Positions 28,623 to 39,061 are shown, counted from the first letter of the stretch. The stretch: 64,000 nt of DNA from Methanobacteriota archaeon (GCA_002718995.2 PBGL02000029.1:10210-74209), one strand, 5' to 3'. The notes: generated from the letters alone by a model not told the origin. Numbers and translations are program-made.

Positions 28623-29210
28623 CTAATCCGTTGCCGTCTTTTCCCGATTCTTGTTGATTCTTCTGCTTATGAGTAGAGAAGCGAGTAGCACTGCGAATAC
28701 AATTGCGAGGATTGGGAACAAGATTGCTATAATGGTGAGTGCCACACTGGCGATGTTCTCACTCGTAGCGACTACTGGATTGGCGACTCCCAATGTGAAG
28801 GTGGAGCTGATTCCACGGGTTGCGACCGTGGCTGTCTGTATGGTGGCGGACATTCCCCCTCCTGCGATTACTGCGATTGCCCACTGGACGATCGGCTCAC
28901 TGCCCTCGAGAGAGATTGCAGTGACCCCTATCCCAGCGAGGATCGCGGCGGGAGTGGCTATTGTGTCTAGGATATTGTCTATCCAGGGGGTGTAGTATGC
29001 TGCGAACTCTGCCACTGTGGCTATTCCGAGGATGATGATAGCGGGCGTGGAGGTGAAGAATTCGAATTGCGAACCGACGAGGTCGATATCGATTAAACTG
29101 ACTTTCACTGCCAGTGACATGAGGAAAGGGGGCAGGAAAACCCTGAATCCGGAGGCAGCGGCAAGGCTGATTCCCATGAATGCGGCAATTACGATTCCAG
29201 CCTCATCCAC
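28623..29210 (-). CDS. DUF4126-like polytopic membrane protein
   Basis: 195 aa, Gly/Ala-rich helices. GFRVFLPPFLMSL and EFAAYYTPWIDNILDTI resemble DUF4126. First codon is GTG; start uncertain. Confidence 0.45.
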   Translation of the reverse strand: MDEAGIVIAAFMGISLAAASGFRVFLPPFLMSLAVKVSLIDIDLVGSQFEFFTSTPAIIILGIATVAEFAAYYTPWIDNILDTIATPAAILAGIGVTAISLEGSEPIVQWAIAVIAGGGMSATIQTATVATRGISSTFTLGVANPVVATSENIASVALTIIAILFPILAIVFAVLLASLLISRRINKNREKTATD

Positions 29211-29252
29211 GTTTTACGGAGGAGGGGGGGTGATATTAACCCGGACCCGGAA

Positions 29253-29753
29253 TTAGTCCGCTAGTTCGATCAAAGCGGAGCCCATATCCACTCTGTCGCC
29301 CTCTTGGAAGTGAATCAGAGATACCTCGCCATTGCTGGGAGCCTGTATCTTGTGCTCCATCTTCATGGCCTCCATCACCATAAGGGTCTGTCCCTCGCGG
29401 ACCCTCTGGCCTTTCTTGACCAATACTTCTAGGATAGTTCCTGGCATTGGCGCCGTGAGTCCGGAGTCGGAGTCCTGTCCCTTCTGACTCCCTTTCTCAT
29501 AACCCTTCACAACATGGGCCCTTCCATCAAGATGTATCCACCAGTCATCACCCACCCTTGCAATATGGGCGAATTTTGGGATTCCCTCTATTTCCACGAT
29601 CAGCCTACCTGAAGAGGCATCGGAAGAGACTTGCAGATTGGGGAGTTCGATTTCCTGTCCATCCATTGTTATGTTAGAAAGTGACATGACCTCACCCTCG
29701 TTTGACATTACCACCGAGTATCTCTCAGATTCATCCCCAATTGACCATTCCAT
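29253..29753 (-). CDS. biotin carboxyl carrier protein of acyl-CoA carboxylase
   Basis: Biotinylation motif EAMKMEH in a C-terminal biotinyl/lipoyl domain. Own SD GGTGA 4 nt upstream of the ATG. Confidence 0.9.
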   Translation of the reverse strand: MEWSIGDESERYSVVMSNEGEVMSLSNITMDGQEIELPNLQVSSDASSGRLIVEIEGIPKFAHIARVGDDWWIHLDGRAHVVKGYEKGSQKGQDSDSGLTAPMPGTILEVLVKKGQRVREGQTLMVMEAMKMEHKIQAPSNGEVSLIHFQEGDRVDMGSALIELAD

Positions 29754-29761
29754 AATATCAC

Positions 29762-31315
29762 CTAGGGGTAGCTCCTTGAGAGAGTCCTAAACGGATCCCC
29801 CGAGTGTCCTGTATGCTCGTCTACAGGATTCCCAGCAACTCCGGAGTGTGTCTTGTCGAGCCCCATCCTGAGTGCTGCCTCTGCAATGGAAACAAGTGTC
29901 TTCGCAGGAGGCTCTGGGTCGCTGAATTCTGAAATATCAGACGAGTCCAATAAATCGGTGGTGATATTTCCAGACAGGAATGCCGAGTGCGAGGCTGCGT
30001 TTCGGAGGAAGCTGATGTTCGTTACAACGCCCAGCGCTACGAAATTTGACAATGCCGAGTCGAGTCTCCTGATTGCCGCCTTCCTAGTCGGGGCATGGAC
30101 CACTAGCTTAGCCAACATGGGGTCGAAATTTACCGTTACCTCATCGCCCTGTCTGACGCCCGAGTCTACCCTTATCCCAGGTCCGGAGGGAGCAACCCAT
30201 GTTGAGAGCGTACCGATTGCCGGGAGGAATCCCCTGGTGGCATCTTCTGCGTAAATCCTAGCTTCTATTGCATGACCAGATATTGTGACTTGGTCTTGGG
30301 AAATGCCCATTTCCAGCCCAGAAGCAATCTCCAGCTGCTTCTGTACCAAATCAACTCCAGTGATCATCTCAGTTACCGGGTGTTCAACCTGGAGTCGGGT
30401 ATTCATCTCCAGGAAAAAGAACTCTCCATTGCTGGATAGGAGGAATTCCACGGTTCCTGCTCCAACGTAATTTACCGCCTTGGCTGCTAAAACAGCGGCA
30501 TCGCCCATGGAGCTCCTTACTGACTCACTGACCGCAGGAGAGGGGGCCTCTTCGATTACCTTCTGATGCCTTCTCTGGAGCGAGCAGTCCCTCTCGTTAA
30601 GATGGATGCAATTTCCATGGGTGTCGGCGAGAACCTGTATTTCCACATGTCTTGCCCCAGTCAGTAGCCTTTCCACGTACACGGTTCCATCTCCGAATGC
30701 CGCGGTGGCCTCCCTCGCAGCAGCCTCGTACTCAGTCCTGAGCATCTTTGGCTCACGAACCGCCCTCATGCCCTTTCCACCGCCTCCGGCACTTGCCTTC
30801 AACAATAGCGGGTAGCCCACCTTTGCAGCAGCTACAGCAAGAGGGCCTAGGTGAGCCCCATCTTCAGGTATGGATACTTCATCGCCAGGTATTACTGGTA
30901 CGCCGGAGGATATCATTCTCGATCTGGCTGAAATCTTGTCTCCCATCACTTCTATTGATTCAGCTCTAGGGCCAATCCAAACGATTTCGCTGTCGGATAC
31001 GGCTCTAGCGAAATCGGCCCTCTCCGAAAGAAAGCCGTAACCCGGATGTATGGCACCGGCCCCGGAAGATCTAGCGGCTTCGATAATCGCTTCCTGATTG
31101 AGGTAGTTTTCAGAAAGCGGTCCATCTGGGAGTAGTATTGCCTCATCTGCAATCTCTACGTGCAGGGACTCTGAATCTGGTTTCGAGTATACCGCGATAG
31201 CCCTCAGTCCTGCCTCCTTTACTGCTCTCAGTACCCTTACTGCTATCTCGCCCCTGTTGGCGACCAACACAGTATCAAATCGGTTGGGTGCACCCTGCAT
31301 CCACTCTGGAAACAT
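29762..31315 (-). CDS. biotin carboxylase subunit of acyl-CoA (probably 3-methylcrotonyl-CoA) carboxylase
   Basis: ATP-grasp biotin carboxylase blocks: VLVANRGEIAVRV, GYPLLLKASAGGGGKGMR, EMNTRLQVEHPVTE. Confidence 0.9.
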   Translation of the reverse strand: MFPEWMQGAPNRFDTVLVANRGEIAVRVLRAVKEAGLRAIAVYSKPDSESLHVEIADEAILLPDGPLSENYLNQEAIIEAARSSGAGAIHPGYGFLSERADFARAVSDSEIVWIGPRAESIEVMGDKISARSRMISSGVPVIPGDEVSIPEDGAHLGPLAVAAAKVGYPLLLKASAGGGGKGMRAVREPKMLRTEYEAAAREATAAFGDGTVYVERLLTGARHVEIQVLADTHGNCIHLNERDCSLQRRHQKVIEEAPSPAVSESVRSSMGDAAVLAAKAVNYVGAGTVEFLLSSNGEFFFLEMNTRLQVEHPVTEMITGVDLVQKQLEIASGLEMGISQDQVTISGHAIEARIYAEDATRGFLPAIGTLSTWVAPSGPGIRVDSGVRQGDEVTVNFDPMLAKLVVHAPTRKAAIRRLDSALSNFVALGVVTNISFLRNAASHSAFLSGNITTDLLDSSDISEFSDPEPPAKTLVSIAEAALRMGLDKTHSGVAGNPVDEHTGHSGDPFRTLSRSYP

Positions 31316-31324
31316 CTGCAGACC

Positions 31325-32197
31325 TCAATCCTCGTCATTAGGGGACCAATTTGGAAGCCTTCGGTCAAGGAATGCGGAAAGCCCCTCTTGCCCCTCCAAG
31401 GACCCCCTCATCTCGCTAGTCTTGTCCATGGTCCAGATACGAAGTTCTTCATCTGAGCCAGTCCACCGATCGAACTCCATGGTTAGCTTCTTTGATTCCG
31501 AGACAGCCATGGGGCCCGTACTTAGTAGGTCTGAGATTACGGAAGATACCGAGTCTGCAAATGAGTCAGGCGACTCTGCGACCTCATTCACCCAGCCAAT
31601 CCTCAGAGCCTCCTCTGAACCAACTCTGCTCGCCAACATGGAAAGCCTACGAAACTGCGCGCTGCCGATTTTCCTGTATACATATGGTCCGATGACCGCT
31701 GGAAGAATGCCCAACTTTCCCTCAGATAGAGCGATCCTAGTGCTTGGCTCGGCTATGACGTGGTCCAAGCACGCAACCAAACCGGCACCTCCCCCTAGTG
31801 CTACTCCCTGAACACGTCCGATTGTGAAGCAGGGGTGCGACCATAGAGAGTTGAATAGTCGGTCCAAACGCTCTGAGTCTCTTCTATTCTCTTCTGGAGT
31901 GGCGGCTCCTGCGTCTCTCATCATATTGATGTCTGCACCAGCGCAGAAGTGCCTTCCTTCGCTCCCTAGTACGACGACCCTGAGATATGGATTTCCAGAT
32001 GGGTCGTTCAGTGACTTAGTGGCGCCTACGGACCTCTGGGCAGTCCACTCAATTATCTCAATTAACTCTGAGATAAGCTGAGTGTTCAGCGCATTGTAGA
32101 CTTCGCTCCTAGCCATTGTGACATTGGCTACGCACCCATCTACGGATAGTTTGCAAAGATCGGTCCCTGGGAAGTCGTCTGTCATTCTGGCATCCAT
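31325..32197 (-). CDS. enoyl-CoA hydratase family protein (probable methylglutaconyl-CoA hydratase)
   Basis: Crotonase fold blocks (FCAGADI, ALGGGAGLV). Embedded between carboxylase subunits. Start at Met35 of the track ORF, 4 nt after the upstream stop. Confidence 0.75.
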   Translation of the reverse strand: MDARMTDDFPGTDLCKLSVDGCVANVTMARSEVYNALNTQLISELIEIIEWTAQRSVGATKSLNDPSGNPYLRVVVLGSEGRHFCAGADINMMRDAGAATPEENRRDSERLDRLFNSLWSHPCFTIGRVQGVALGGGAGLVACLDHVIAEPSTRIALSEGKLGILPAVIGPYVYRKIGSAQFRRLSMLASRVGSEEALRIGWVNEVAESPDSFADSVSSVISDLLSTGPMAVSESKKLTMEFDRWTGSDEELRIWTMDKTSEMRGSLEGQEGLSAFLDRRLPNWSPNDED

Positions 32198-32201
32198 CTT
32201 A

Positions 32202-33773
32202 TCACATCCTGAATACTCCGTAATTCTGATCCGGCATCGGTGCGTTGAGGCTAGCAGAAATGCATAGGCCCAGTATGTCTCTGGTGTCCCTAGGGTCAAT
32301 CACTCCATCGTCCCATAACCTAGCAGTTGAGTAGTATGGATTGCTCTCACTCTCGTACTTGGCCCTAATCTCATCTGGATCGGCGCTACCAACGGTTGAG
32401 AGGACGCTTGCTGCTTGCTCTCCACCCATTACTGAAATCCTAGCGTTTGGCCACATAAATAGGAATCTAGGATCATAGGCCCTGCCACACATTCCATAGT
32501 TTCCGGCACCATGTGAGCCTCCGATGATTACTGTGAATTTTGGCACGGGGACGCAAGATACAGCTGTAACTAGCTTAGCCCCATCCTTGGCTATCCCTCC
32601 GGCCTCAGCATCTCTACCGACCATGAATCCCATGATGTTCTGCAGGAAAACCAGGGGTATTCCCCTTTGCCCGCATAGTTCGACGAAGTGTGCCCCTTTC
32701 AGTGAAGACTCGGAGAATAATATCCCATTGTTGGCTACGATGCCCACTGGATATCCATGGATCCTAGCGAATCCACAGACGAGGGAGTTCCCGTATCTCT
32801 CTTTGAATTCGTGGAATCTGCTACCGTCAACGATCCTTGAGATCACCTCTCTTACGTCATACGGGGTCCTGTTGTCTGTCGGTACGATCCCCATCAAATC
32901 ATTCGGATCGTGGGCTGGCTCTTCCACTGCCTGTACGTCAAGTCGGTGCTTTGGTTCTATGTTCAGATTCTCCACGATGTTACGAATCATGTCTAGAGCC
33001 TGTGGTTCATCATCGGCAAAGTGGTCAGCAACTCCTGATTCCCTGGTATGGACATCCGCACCCCCTAGATCTTGGGCACTCACCTCCTCTCCGGTGGCTG
33101 CTTTCACCAGAGGTGGTCCGGCGAGGAAAATGGTCCCGTTGTCTTTGACTATGATAGACTCATCACTCATTGCCGGGATATACGCCCCTCCGGCAGTACA
33201 TGATCCGAGAACGGCTGCGACCTGAGGTATTCCCTTGCTTGACAGGATTGCCTGATTTCTGAAAATCCTGCCGAAGTGCCCCTTGTCTGGGAAAACTTGG
33301 TCCTGTAGTGGGAGGAAGGCTCCCCCTGAGTCAACCAGGTAGATGCATGGCAGGTTGTTGGACTCAGCAATCTCTTGTGCCCTCACGTGCTTCTTGACCG
33401 TCATCGGATAGTAAGAGCCGCCCTTTACAGTTGCATCATTGGCAACAAATACGCATTCCTTGCCATGGACTGTTCCTATCCCGGTGACAACCCCAGCGGA
33501 GTGTGCTCTCCCATCATACATTCCAAACGCTGCAAGGCTGGAGAGCTCCAAGAAAGGTGCCCCGGGATCACAAATTTCGGAAATCCTCTCTCTAGCCATC
33601 TTCTTCCCCCTTTGCCTATGCCTATCAACGTACTTTCCGCCTCCTCCTCCTTTGGCCTCCTCTATCTTGTCCCTTAGTTCTTCCAAGAGGGCGGTGTTGT
33701 GGGCCTTCCTGGAAGCGAATTCGTCGCTTCCCAAGTCGACTCTTGTTGGCAGCCGGTCCATTTCTCTCGGCAC
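32202..33773 (-). CDS. carboxyltransferase (beta) subunit, 3-methylcrotonyl-CoA carboxylase type
   Basis: Long near-colinear similarity to my memory of human MCCC2, for example [39 protein letters not shown] and [18 protein letters not shown]...[30 protein letters not shown]. Start is GTG at 33773 or ATG at 33761. Confidence 0.85.
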   Translation of the reverse strand: MPREMDRLPTRVDLGSDEFASRKAHNTALLEELRDKIEEAKGGGGGKYVDRHRQRGKKMARERISEICDPGAPFLELSSLAAFGMYDGRAHSAGVVTGIGTVHGKECVFVANDATVKGGSYYPMTVKKHVRAQEIAESNNLPCIYLVDSGGAFLPLQDQVFPDKGHFGRIFRNQAILSSKGIPQVAAVLGSCTAGGAYIPAMSDESIIVKDNGTIFLAGPPLVKAATGEEVSAQDLGGADVHTRESGVADHFADDEPQALDMIRNIVENLNIEPKHRLDVQAVEEPAHDPNDLMGIVPTDNRTPYDVREVISRIVDGSRFHEFKERYGNSLVCGFARIHGYPVGIVANNGILFSESSLKGAHFVELCGQRGIPLVFLQNIMGFMVGRDAEAGGIAKDGAKLVTAVSCVPVPKFTVIIGGSHGAGNYGMCGRAYDPRFLFMWPNARISVMGGEQAASVLSTVGSADPDEIRAKYESESNPYYSTARLWDDGVIDPRDTRDILGLCISASLNAPMPDQNYGVFRM

Positions 33774-33806
33774 GCAGAGGGTGTGTTGGACTTCAATTGA
33801 ATGGGG

Positions 33807-33825
33807 CCGATATCATAGATATCGG
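33807..33825 (-). terminator. perfect hairpin ccgatatc-ata-gatatcgg (8-bp stem), 4 nt after the stop of the upstream membrane-protein gene
   Basis: Inverted repeat read directly. No T-run follows on the transcribed strand. The terminator or RNA-stability role is only a guess. Confidence 0.3.
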
Positions 33826-33828
33826 ACT

Positions 33829-35112
33829 TCAGACCCCAATCACCAGTCTGCCGACGTCTCGAAGGCCGGGTGCCATTCCAACCACGAGCATCATCAATCC
33901 GACTAGTAGTCTGAGATGCCTTTCTCTGTGTTCGAAGTTGGCTACAGCAAAGAAGTACCATATCACAACCCCGAGGCCGGCTTTGATCAGTGTGAACCCA
34001 AAGGCAGAGTTTGCTATTTCGATTATCTCAGCAGATACAAGATGCTTCTCCTGGTACCCGAAGTATTCGATACCTATCCATGTTGCCAGACCATCAAGGA
34101 CCTGTCCTGAAACAGCTAGGAAAACTACTGGATAAGCCATCGCAGCGGACTTCCTGTGCTTCTCAAGTATCTCCTTCTCCGAAGAAGATTCTGGGAGCAT
34201 TTGGTAGTCATCCTCTGACATTCCAGGAGGGAGTATCCCGGCCACTAGCCCATGGGAAGAAAGAGCGGATGCTGCCTCTGAACCCCAAGAGTACATCGTC
34301 ATACATATCATGACTGGCACCCCTATTACGACTAGCAGGGGCCAGAGGATGAGTTGGTCTTCTGGTACACTAGCTGCATAAGACGAGAGTGCGCCGAAGA
34401 ATATCATCGACCCCCCTAGCCCCACGAAGTATACGACTCTCTGAACATGGGAGAAATATATCGTTGAACCCCTGAAGAACCACGGTGTGAAGATTGCTGA
34501 GATCCCTATGACAGCGAAAGGGGAGAGGTCTATTCCCCCTGCAACTACTTCGCTATTGGAAATGGAGGAGCCATAGAGGACGAATTGGGCCAATATGAGT
34601 ATTGAAGATACCACCTCTACAGAGTTGTCTTTGTGTTCTGGATGCATTTCCCTACGTGATATCGAATAACCGAAGGCTCCTGCAATGACGACCCAGAGGG
34701 CCGTCTGGAAGTGTATACCAGGACTCACGAAGAATGCCGTCAGAGTCGAGTCGAACATCTCTGCATCCTCGGCGACTTCTCCCAGTGACGCCCACAGGAC
34801 ATAGGGCAAGAGTGCAAGTATTGTAGCCTCACTCGCATCTATCCCTAGGAATCTAAGCCATGCACTCAATGCAGCTACGAAAAGAGCGAGGACCACCGCA
34901 TACGTGATGGTGTTAACTTCATTATATCCTGCATCGCTTCCTGCGTCGTCGAGAACAGGGTCGATGTAGAATTCCATGACCATGCTTGTCAGTTGATTTT
35001 CAATGTCCAGGGAGCCTAGGGCTAATGCTGAGAAAAAGAGGGCTGAAATACCAATCAATGCTTGAATCGACCACTTTTCATAATTGTACAACTCTTCCCA
35101 TGAGTCGCCCAT
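33829..35112 (-). CDS. polytopic membrane protein, possibly DUF63-related
   Basis: 427 aa, about 10 hydrophobic helices. The C-terminal blocks LDGLATWIGIEYFGYQEKHLVS and GMAPGLRDVGR resemble archaeal DUF63. From memory, low certainty. Confidence 0.4.
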   Translation of the reverse strand: MGDSWEELYNYEKWSIQALIGISALFFSALALGSLDIENQLTSMVMEFYIDPVLDDAGSDAGYNEVNTITYAVVLALFVAALSAWLRFLGIDASEATILALLPYVLWASLGEVAEDAEMFDSTLTAFFVSPGIHFQTALWVVIAGAFGYSISRREMHPEHKDNSVEVVSSILILAQFVLYGSSISNSEVVAGGIDLSPFAVIGISAIFTPWFFRGSTIYFSHVQRVVYFVGLGGSMIFFGALSSYAASVPEDQLILWPLLVVIGVPVMICMTMYSWGSEAASALSSHGLVAGILPPGMSEDDYQMLPESSSEKEILEKHRKSAAMAYPVVFLAVSGQVLDGLATWIGIEYFGYQEKHLVSAEIIEIANSAFGFTLIKAGLGVVIWYFFAVANFEHRERHLRLLVGLMMLVVGMAPGLRDVGRLVIGV

Positions 35113-35155
35113 AGGGCTACCAGAGGACTCCCGGCCTTAGGTATGGCGGATGTAT

Positions 35156-35887
35156 TCATTCCTCTTCGTAGATGATTTCCTCGTCTTCCGAGAGCTCCAG
35201 CATTTCTTCGACCGCAGATTCGTCCTCAGGTTCTACCTGGGAGTCCTTCAGCCTCCTCTCTCTCCTCTTCCTAGCTGCAGACAGTCCCGGGACCAGGGTT
35301 TCGAAGGCGCCTCCTGCTTCTTCTCTCCTTTCTTCATATGACTCCAGGCTCCTAGATCTCATCCTTTGCCTCTTCCTATCCTTCTCAAGGCCATGGAGTA
35401 CATTTCCGTGTTCAGAGCCTCTGAGTATGGACTCTATTGCTGGCTTTGCAATCTCCAGCCCCATATCGTCCCCAATTACGATGACTGTTGACCCATAGAT
35501 TGCGATTTCAGTTCCAGTCAAGTCTTCGATTCTGCTACGAATCATTCCGTTTCTACCGATCAGACGACTCCTCATCCTACGGATTTGGTTTGGCTGCCTG
35601 CCTACCCACTCCCTGATATCGAACATGTGCAGATGGACCTCGTCTTCGAGAAGTTGGATGGCTCTTGAGGGAGCCAGACCTCTGCCTATGGACAATATCA
35701 CATCTGGAGTCTTCATCTTGAGGATTGGGTCTATTTCCTGGTCCTCCCAAGAGATACTTACTTCACCTGTTTGAGAGTCTATCTCCAATTCCCCCCCACA
35801 TGCCTCCTCCAGCATCTTCCTAGTTGATCCACCCTTGCCTATCAGCACGGCAATCCGGTCTTTGGGTATGCGTACGATGGTCTCCAC
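35156..35887 (-). CDS. KH-domain RNA-binding protein (archaeal Dim2/Pno1-like) with charged C-terminal tail
   Basis: Two KH modules (IPKDRIAVLIGKGGSTRKMLEE; RSRLIGRNGMIRSRIEDLTG). Conserved archaeal neighbourhood aIF1A-RIO1-KH. Confidence 0.85.
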   Translation of the reverse strand: METIVRIPKDRIAVLIGKGGSTRKMLEEACGGELEIDSQTGEVSISWEDQEIDPILKMKTPDVILSIGRGLAPSRAIQLLEDEVHLHMFDIREWVGRQPNQIRRMRSRLIGRNGMIRSRIEDLTGTEIAIYGSTVIVIGDDMGLEIAKPAIESILRGSEHGNVLHGLEKDRKRQRMRSRSLESYEERREEAGGAFETLVPGLSAARKRRERRLKDSQVEPEDESAVEEMLELSEDEEIIYEEE

Positions 35888-35913
35888 GGCTGCGGCCGAC
35901 CAGCCTCCCAGTT

Positions 35914-36795
35914 TTAATCCCCGCCCGGAAGCTCGGGTAGTTCGGGAACGGGTTCATCCAGTACCCTAAGCATGCTATCGGCCAAATCAGCCTCAAAACC
36001 TTGCTTGTTTATCCATTTGACCAGCCTTGTTACGTCTCTCACCAAGAACTCCTCTGCATGTGGGTGCTGGTGGGTCACCCCCTGGCCCACGTCAATCAAC
36101 CAAGGCTCTCCCTCATTCCACAGAATGTTGTACTCGCTCAAGTCCGCATGAACGAGGTTTGCCTTCTGCCAAGAGACCGCTACCATTTCCAGAAGATCGA
36201 TGAAGACTTCGTATGGCTCATCGATAATCACGTCGCGTAACCTTGGACTCGCCTCAGAATCCCCTATTAGATCCATAATTAGTACATTTTTATGATAAGA
36301 AATTGGCCTAGGTACCCTGATTCCATGCTTTCTGAGTCTTCGTAGGTTTCTGAATTCCTTCTTGACCCAGATATTGACCAATTGCCTGTGCCTCCCCGAG
36401 AGTCCTTCGAATCTCGGATCTCCGTCGATGTACTTCGCTAGTCCCTTGAATACAGCATTGGTGGTATGAAAAATTTTGACTGCGACTGGACCGTTGATTG
36501 AGGATGCGTGGAAAACATGGGCCTCCTTTCCCCTAGCTATCGGATAGTTCACTGTGTCAATCTCTCCCTTCTCCATTAGCTTGTGAATGGATAGCAATGT
36601 GGAGCGGTCGAAGACCGCATCGAAGACCCTCCTGTCTACCCATTCAAATGGCCCCTTGCCGAGGACTCCCTGAAGTCCGTCCTCAATCTCATTGAAGATT
36701 TTCTTGAATCTGGGTTCTGTCATCCAGTCATGCTTTGTCTGCGCTCTCATCAGAGCATCGGGATCTTCCTCTTCCCAGGATTCCTCGTTAGACAT
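35914..36795 (-). CDS. rio1: RIO1-type serine/threonine protein kinase
   Basis: RIO blocks GKEAHVF, VAVKIF, LVHADLSEYNIL, IDVGQGV. The ATG at 36795 follows the aIF1A stop by 4 nt, with GGTGA spanning the stop; the track start at 36828 would overlap by 29 nt. Confidence 0.9.
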   Translation of the reverse strand: MSNEESWEEEDPDALMRAQTKHDWMTEPRFKKIFNEIEDGLQGVLGKGPFEWVDRRVFDAVFDRSTLLSIHKLMEKGEIDTVNYPIARGKEAHVFHASSINGPVAVKIFHTTNAVFKGLAKYIDGDPRFEGLSGRHRQLVNIWVKKEFRNLRRLRKHGIRVPRPISYHKNVLIMDLIGDSEASPRLRDVIIDEPYEVFIDLLEMVAVSWQKANLVHADLSEYNILWNEGEPWLIDVGQGVTHQHPHAEEFLVRDVTRLVKWINKQGFEADLADSMLRVLDEPVPELPELPGGD

Positions 36796-36799
36796 TATC

Positions 36800-37312
36800 T
36801 CACCCGAAGAACGAGTCGATATCGTCATCTTGTGAAGCTGCCTCTACTGTTTCCTGCTTCTCTTCTGCGACTGGCTCAGGAGTTTCCCCCTCCGAAGGCT
36901 CCACCGTTTCAGTTTGCTCTTCGGCGGATTGTTCCATTTGATCATCCGAGGACAGTCCAAACATATCGACTATCTCAGGCAGAACTCCCTTCCTGGATAG
37001 GTATAGGGATTGGGTCTTCGTATATCGCATGCAGACGTTGGCCTTCTCATCTTGGAAGTCCCATGGCTGAACTACTATCAGGTCACCCTCTCTGACCCAT
37101 TGACGCCTCCTCATCTTTCCGGGGATTCTAGAAATCCTACTAAGTCCGTCTTCGCATACGGCCCTTATCCTCCTACCGCCAAGAATTTCATCAGCAATGG
37201 CAAACATTTCGTTCACCTTCCTGTTTGGCAGAGGGACTCTGATTCGATCTCCGCTTCCCGACTCCAGTTGTGCTAGGCGCTCGAAGTCGACCTTCTCCTC
37301 TCTGCGTGCCAC
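36800..37312 (-). CDS. eif1A: translation initiation factor aIF-1A with acidic C-terminal extension
   Basis: S1/OB core RVPLPNRKVNEMFAIADEILGGRRIRAVCEDGLSRISRIPGKMRRRQWVREGDLIVVQPWDFQDEKANVCMRY. Confidence 0.9.
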   Translation of the reverse strand: MARREEKVDFERLAQLESGSGDRIRVPLPNRKVNEMFAIADEILGGRRIRAVCEDGLSRISRIPGKMRRRQWVREGDLIVVQPWDFQDEKANVCMRYTKTQSLYLSRKGVLPEIVDMFGLSSDDQMEQSAEEQTETVEPSEGETPEPVAEEKQETVEAASQDDDIDSFFG

Positions 37313-37357
37313 TGGGTCTCCGTCGAGAGTCCCCTATGTGAAGTTGAGCCTGAAAGC

Positions 37358-39061
37358 TCACCCCATCAAGGAGTCGATCGAAGTGCTGACTAGGGATACC
37401 AGCCATTCGCTAACTGGCCCTAAGCCACACAGAACCGTCAGTATTGAGCAGGCCATTATTGCCATTCTGAGGGATGAGGCAGACTTGATCTTAGGGGATT
37501 TCTCAGGCTCCTCGAAGAACATTACCAAGCTCAGTCTGAGGTAGTAGAAGAGGGAAAGGGCGCTATTGATTACAATGGCTGCTGCTAGCCAGAAGACGGG
37601 GTCGACTGTATCCATCCAGGAGTAGACATCCGTCGCAGAGGAGCTCCCAGTATCGGCTGAAGATGAGACGATTCCGTTCACCATAAGCAACTTTGACAGG
37701 AATCCGGAGAGAGGAGGGACTCCGGCCAGTGATAGCATGAATAGGAACATCGAGCCTGCAATCAGCGGCTCCTTTCTGCCTAGGCCGTGAAGGTCCTCCA
37801 TCCGATGCCCCCTTCCACCTGTCTCCAGAAGCGCCAGTACCAGGAATGCACCCAGCTTGAAAAGAACCAGAACTGCAAGGTGGAAAGTTATCGCGATTAG
37901 GATCATCTTGGTTCCTTCTTCACCCGCAAGACCACTCCCTATCACGGAGATGGCAGCGAGCATGTAGCCCGCGTGAGCTACGCTTGAGTAGGCTAGCATC
38001 CTCTTCGGATTCTCGCTAGTTAGTGCTGCTAGGTTCCCCCATGTCATCGTAATAATCGCAATTATCGCCAACATCAGGAACCAGGAAGACTCCTCTCCGT
38101 AGTCGGGTGCTGTGATCATCACCAATACCCTGAACAGGGCAACGAAACCCATTGCCTTTGACGCGGTTGCAAGGAGTCCGGAAATTGGGGAGGATGCCCC
38201 CGAATATGCATCGGGTGCGGCGAGGTGGAATGGTGCTGCGCTTACCTTGAACCCAAATGCGACCATCATCAGCCCTATGCCGAAAGCAGCGAAGGGATCG
38301 AGTCCTTGCATTTCCGCCCATTTTGTTGCTAGGGAGTCGAGAGCTAGGTCCCCCGCCCACAGGTAAAGGAGCGACATTCCGTAAATTCCGACTGCTGACG
38401 CGGCTGATCCCACGATGAAGTATTTCGCACCGGCCTCCCCGCCGACTTCCTCTTCTTTGTGGAATGCGACTAGTACGTAGGTGGAGAGTGAAGCCAGCTC
38501 GATGCACACCACCAGCATGAAGAGGTTGGTCGACATTGCCATGAGGCTCATACCGAGACCGACCATGATTAGCAGTATGTGGAAATCAACCTGCCTCCTG
38601 TTATCCATCAGAACTGAAATCTTCCTGGATGCGGTATTCTCTGAGTCGTCGTCCTTCGGTACCGCAGCATTTCGCTTGGCTGGTATTCTATGTGTTGTCG
38701 CTGCTGAAACCAGTAACAGCGCACCGATGAAAATTGCAGAGAACAGGCGGCTAAACGCGTCAGACCTCAATAGGCCACCAACTTCTTCGGAGCTGCTATC
38801 GATCATCAGGAGAGAAGCTGCGAAGGCTACTGAGAAGGTGAGTGTGGCGATTCTATTGGGCAATCGCGGGTCATTGGTTGATTCTAGCCTGGAGCCTCCG
38901 ACAAGGATCGGGATTCTTATTCTGGTCAAGGGGAGTCTGAACGTCGCATCTCCGAGGTTTGGAATGACTATTATTGCCAATACTCCAGCCAGCATTACTA
39001 ATTCTGGCAATAGAGTAAATGCGGTTTCAGAATCTAAGTCAAGCTGCCCCAATGATGTCAT
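37358..39061 (-). CDS. nuoN: NADH-quinone oxidoreductase (complex I-like) subunit N
   Basis: Antiporter-like subunit with KVSAAPFHLAAPDAYSGASSPISGLLATASK. Last gene of the nuo string. ATGA overlap with nuoM. Confidence 0.85.
   Translation of the reverse strand: MTSLGQLDLDSETAFTLLPELVMLAGVLAIIVIPNLGDATFRLPLTRIRIPILVGGSRLESTNDPRLPNRIATLTFSVAFAASLLMIDSSSEEVGGLLRSDAFSRLFSAIFIGALLLVSAATTHRIPAKRNAAVPKDDDSENTASRKISVLMDNRRQVDFHILLIMVGLGMSLMAMSTNLFMLVVCIELASLSTYVLVAFHKEEEVGGEAGAKYFIVGSAASAVGIYGMSLLYLWAGDLALDSLATKWAEMQGLDPFAAFGIGLMMVAFGFKVSAAPFHLAAPDAYSGASSPISGLLATASKAMGFVALFRVLVMITAPDYGEESSWFLMLAIIAIITMTWGNLAALTSENPKRMLAYSSVAHAGYMLAAISVIGSGLAGEEGTKMILIAITFHLAVLVLFKLGAFLVLALLETGGRGHRMEDLHGLGRKEPLIAGSMFLFMLSLAGVPPLSGFLSKLLMVNGIVSSSADTGSSSATDVYSWMDTVDPVFWLAAAIVINSALSLFYYLRLSLVMFFEEPEKSPKIKSASSLRMAIMACSILTVLCGLGPVSEWLVSLVSTSIDSLMG

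Noticed and set aside
29224-29230. G7 homopolymer (ggaggagggggggtga) in the BCCP/DUF4126 spacer: possible slippage tract or plus-strand SD
   Set aside because: No plausible plus-strand gene follows it. On the transcribed (minus) strand it is just a C-run. A single tract gives no evidence for phase variation.
29753-29764. Biotin carboxylase and BCCP in different frames 8 nt apart: possible frameshifted fusion (pseudogene) of an MCC alpha subunit
   Set aside because: The junction reads TAG-GTGATATT-ATG, with a proper SD (GGTGA) and start for BCCP. Separate AccC and AccB subunits are the normal archaeal arrangement.
31257-33225. 184-aa and 233-aa plus-strand ORFs
   Set aside because: They are antisense to the hydratase/biotin carboxylase and carboxyltransferase genes, which have unambiguous family motifs. 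No independent signals.
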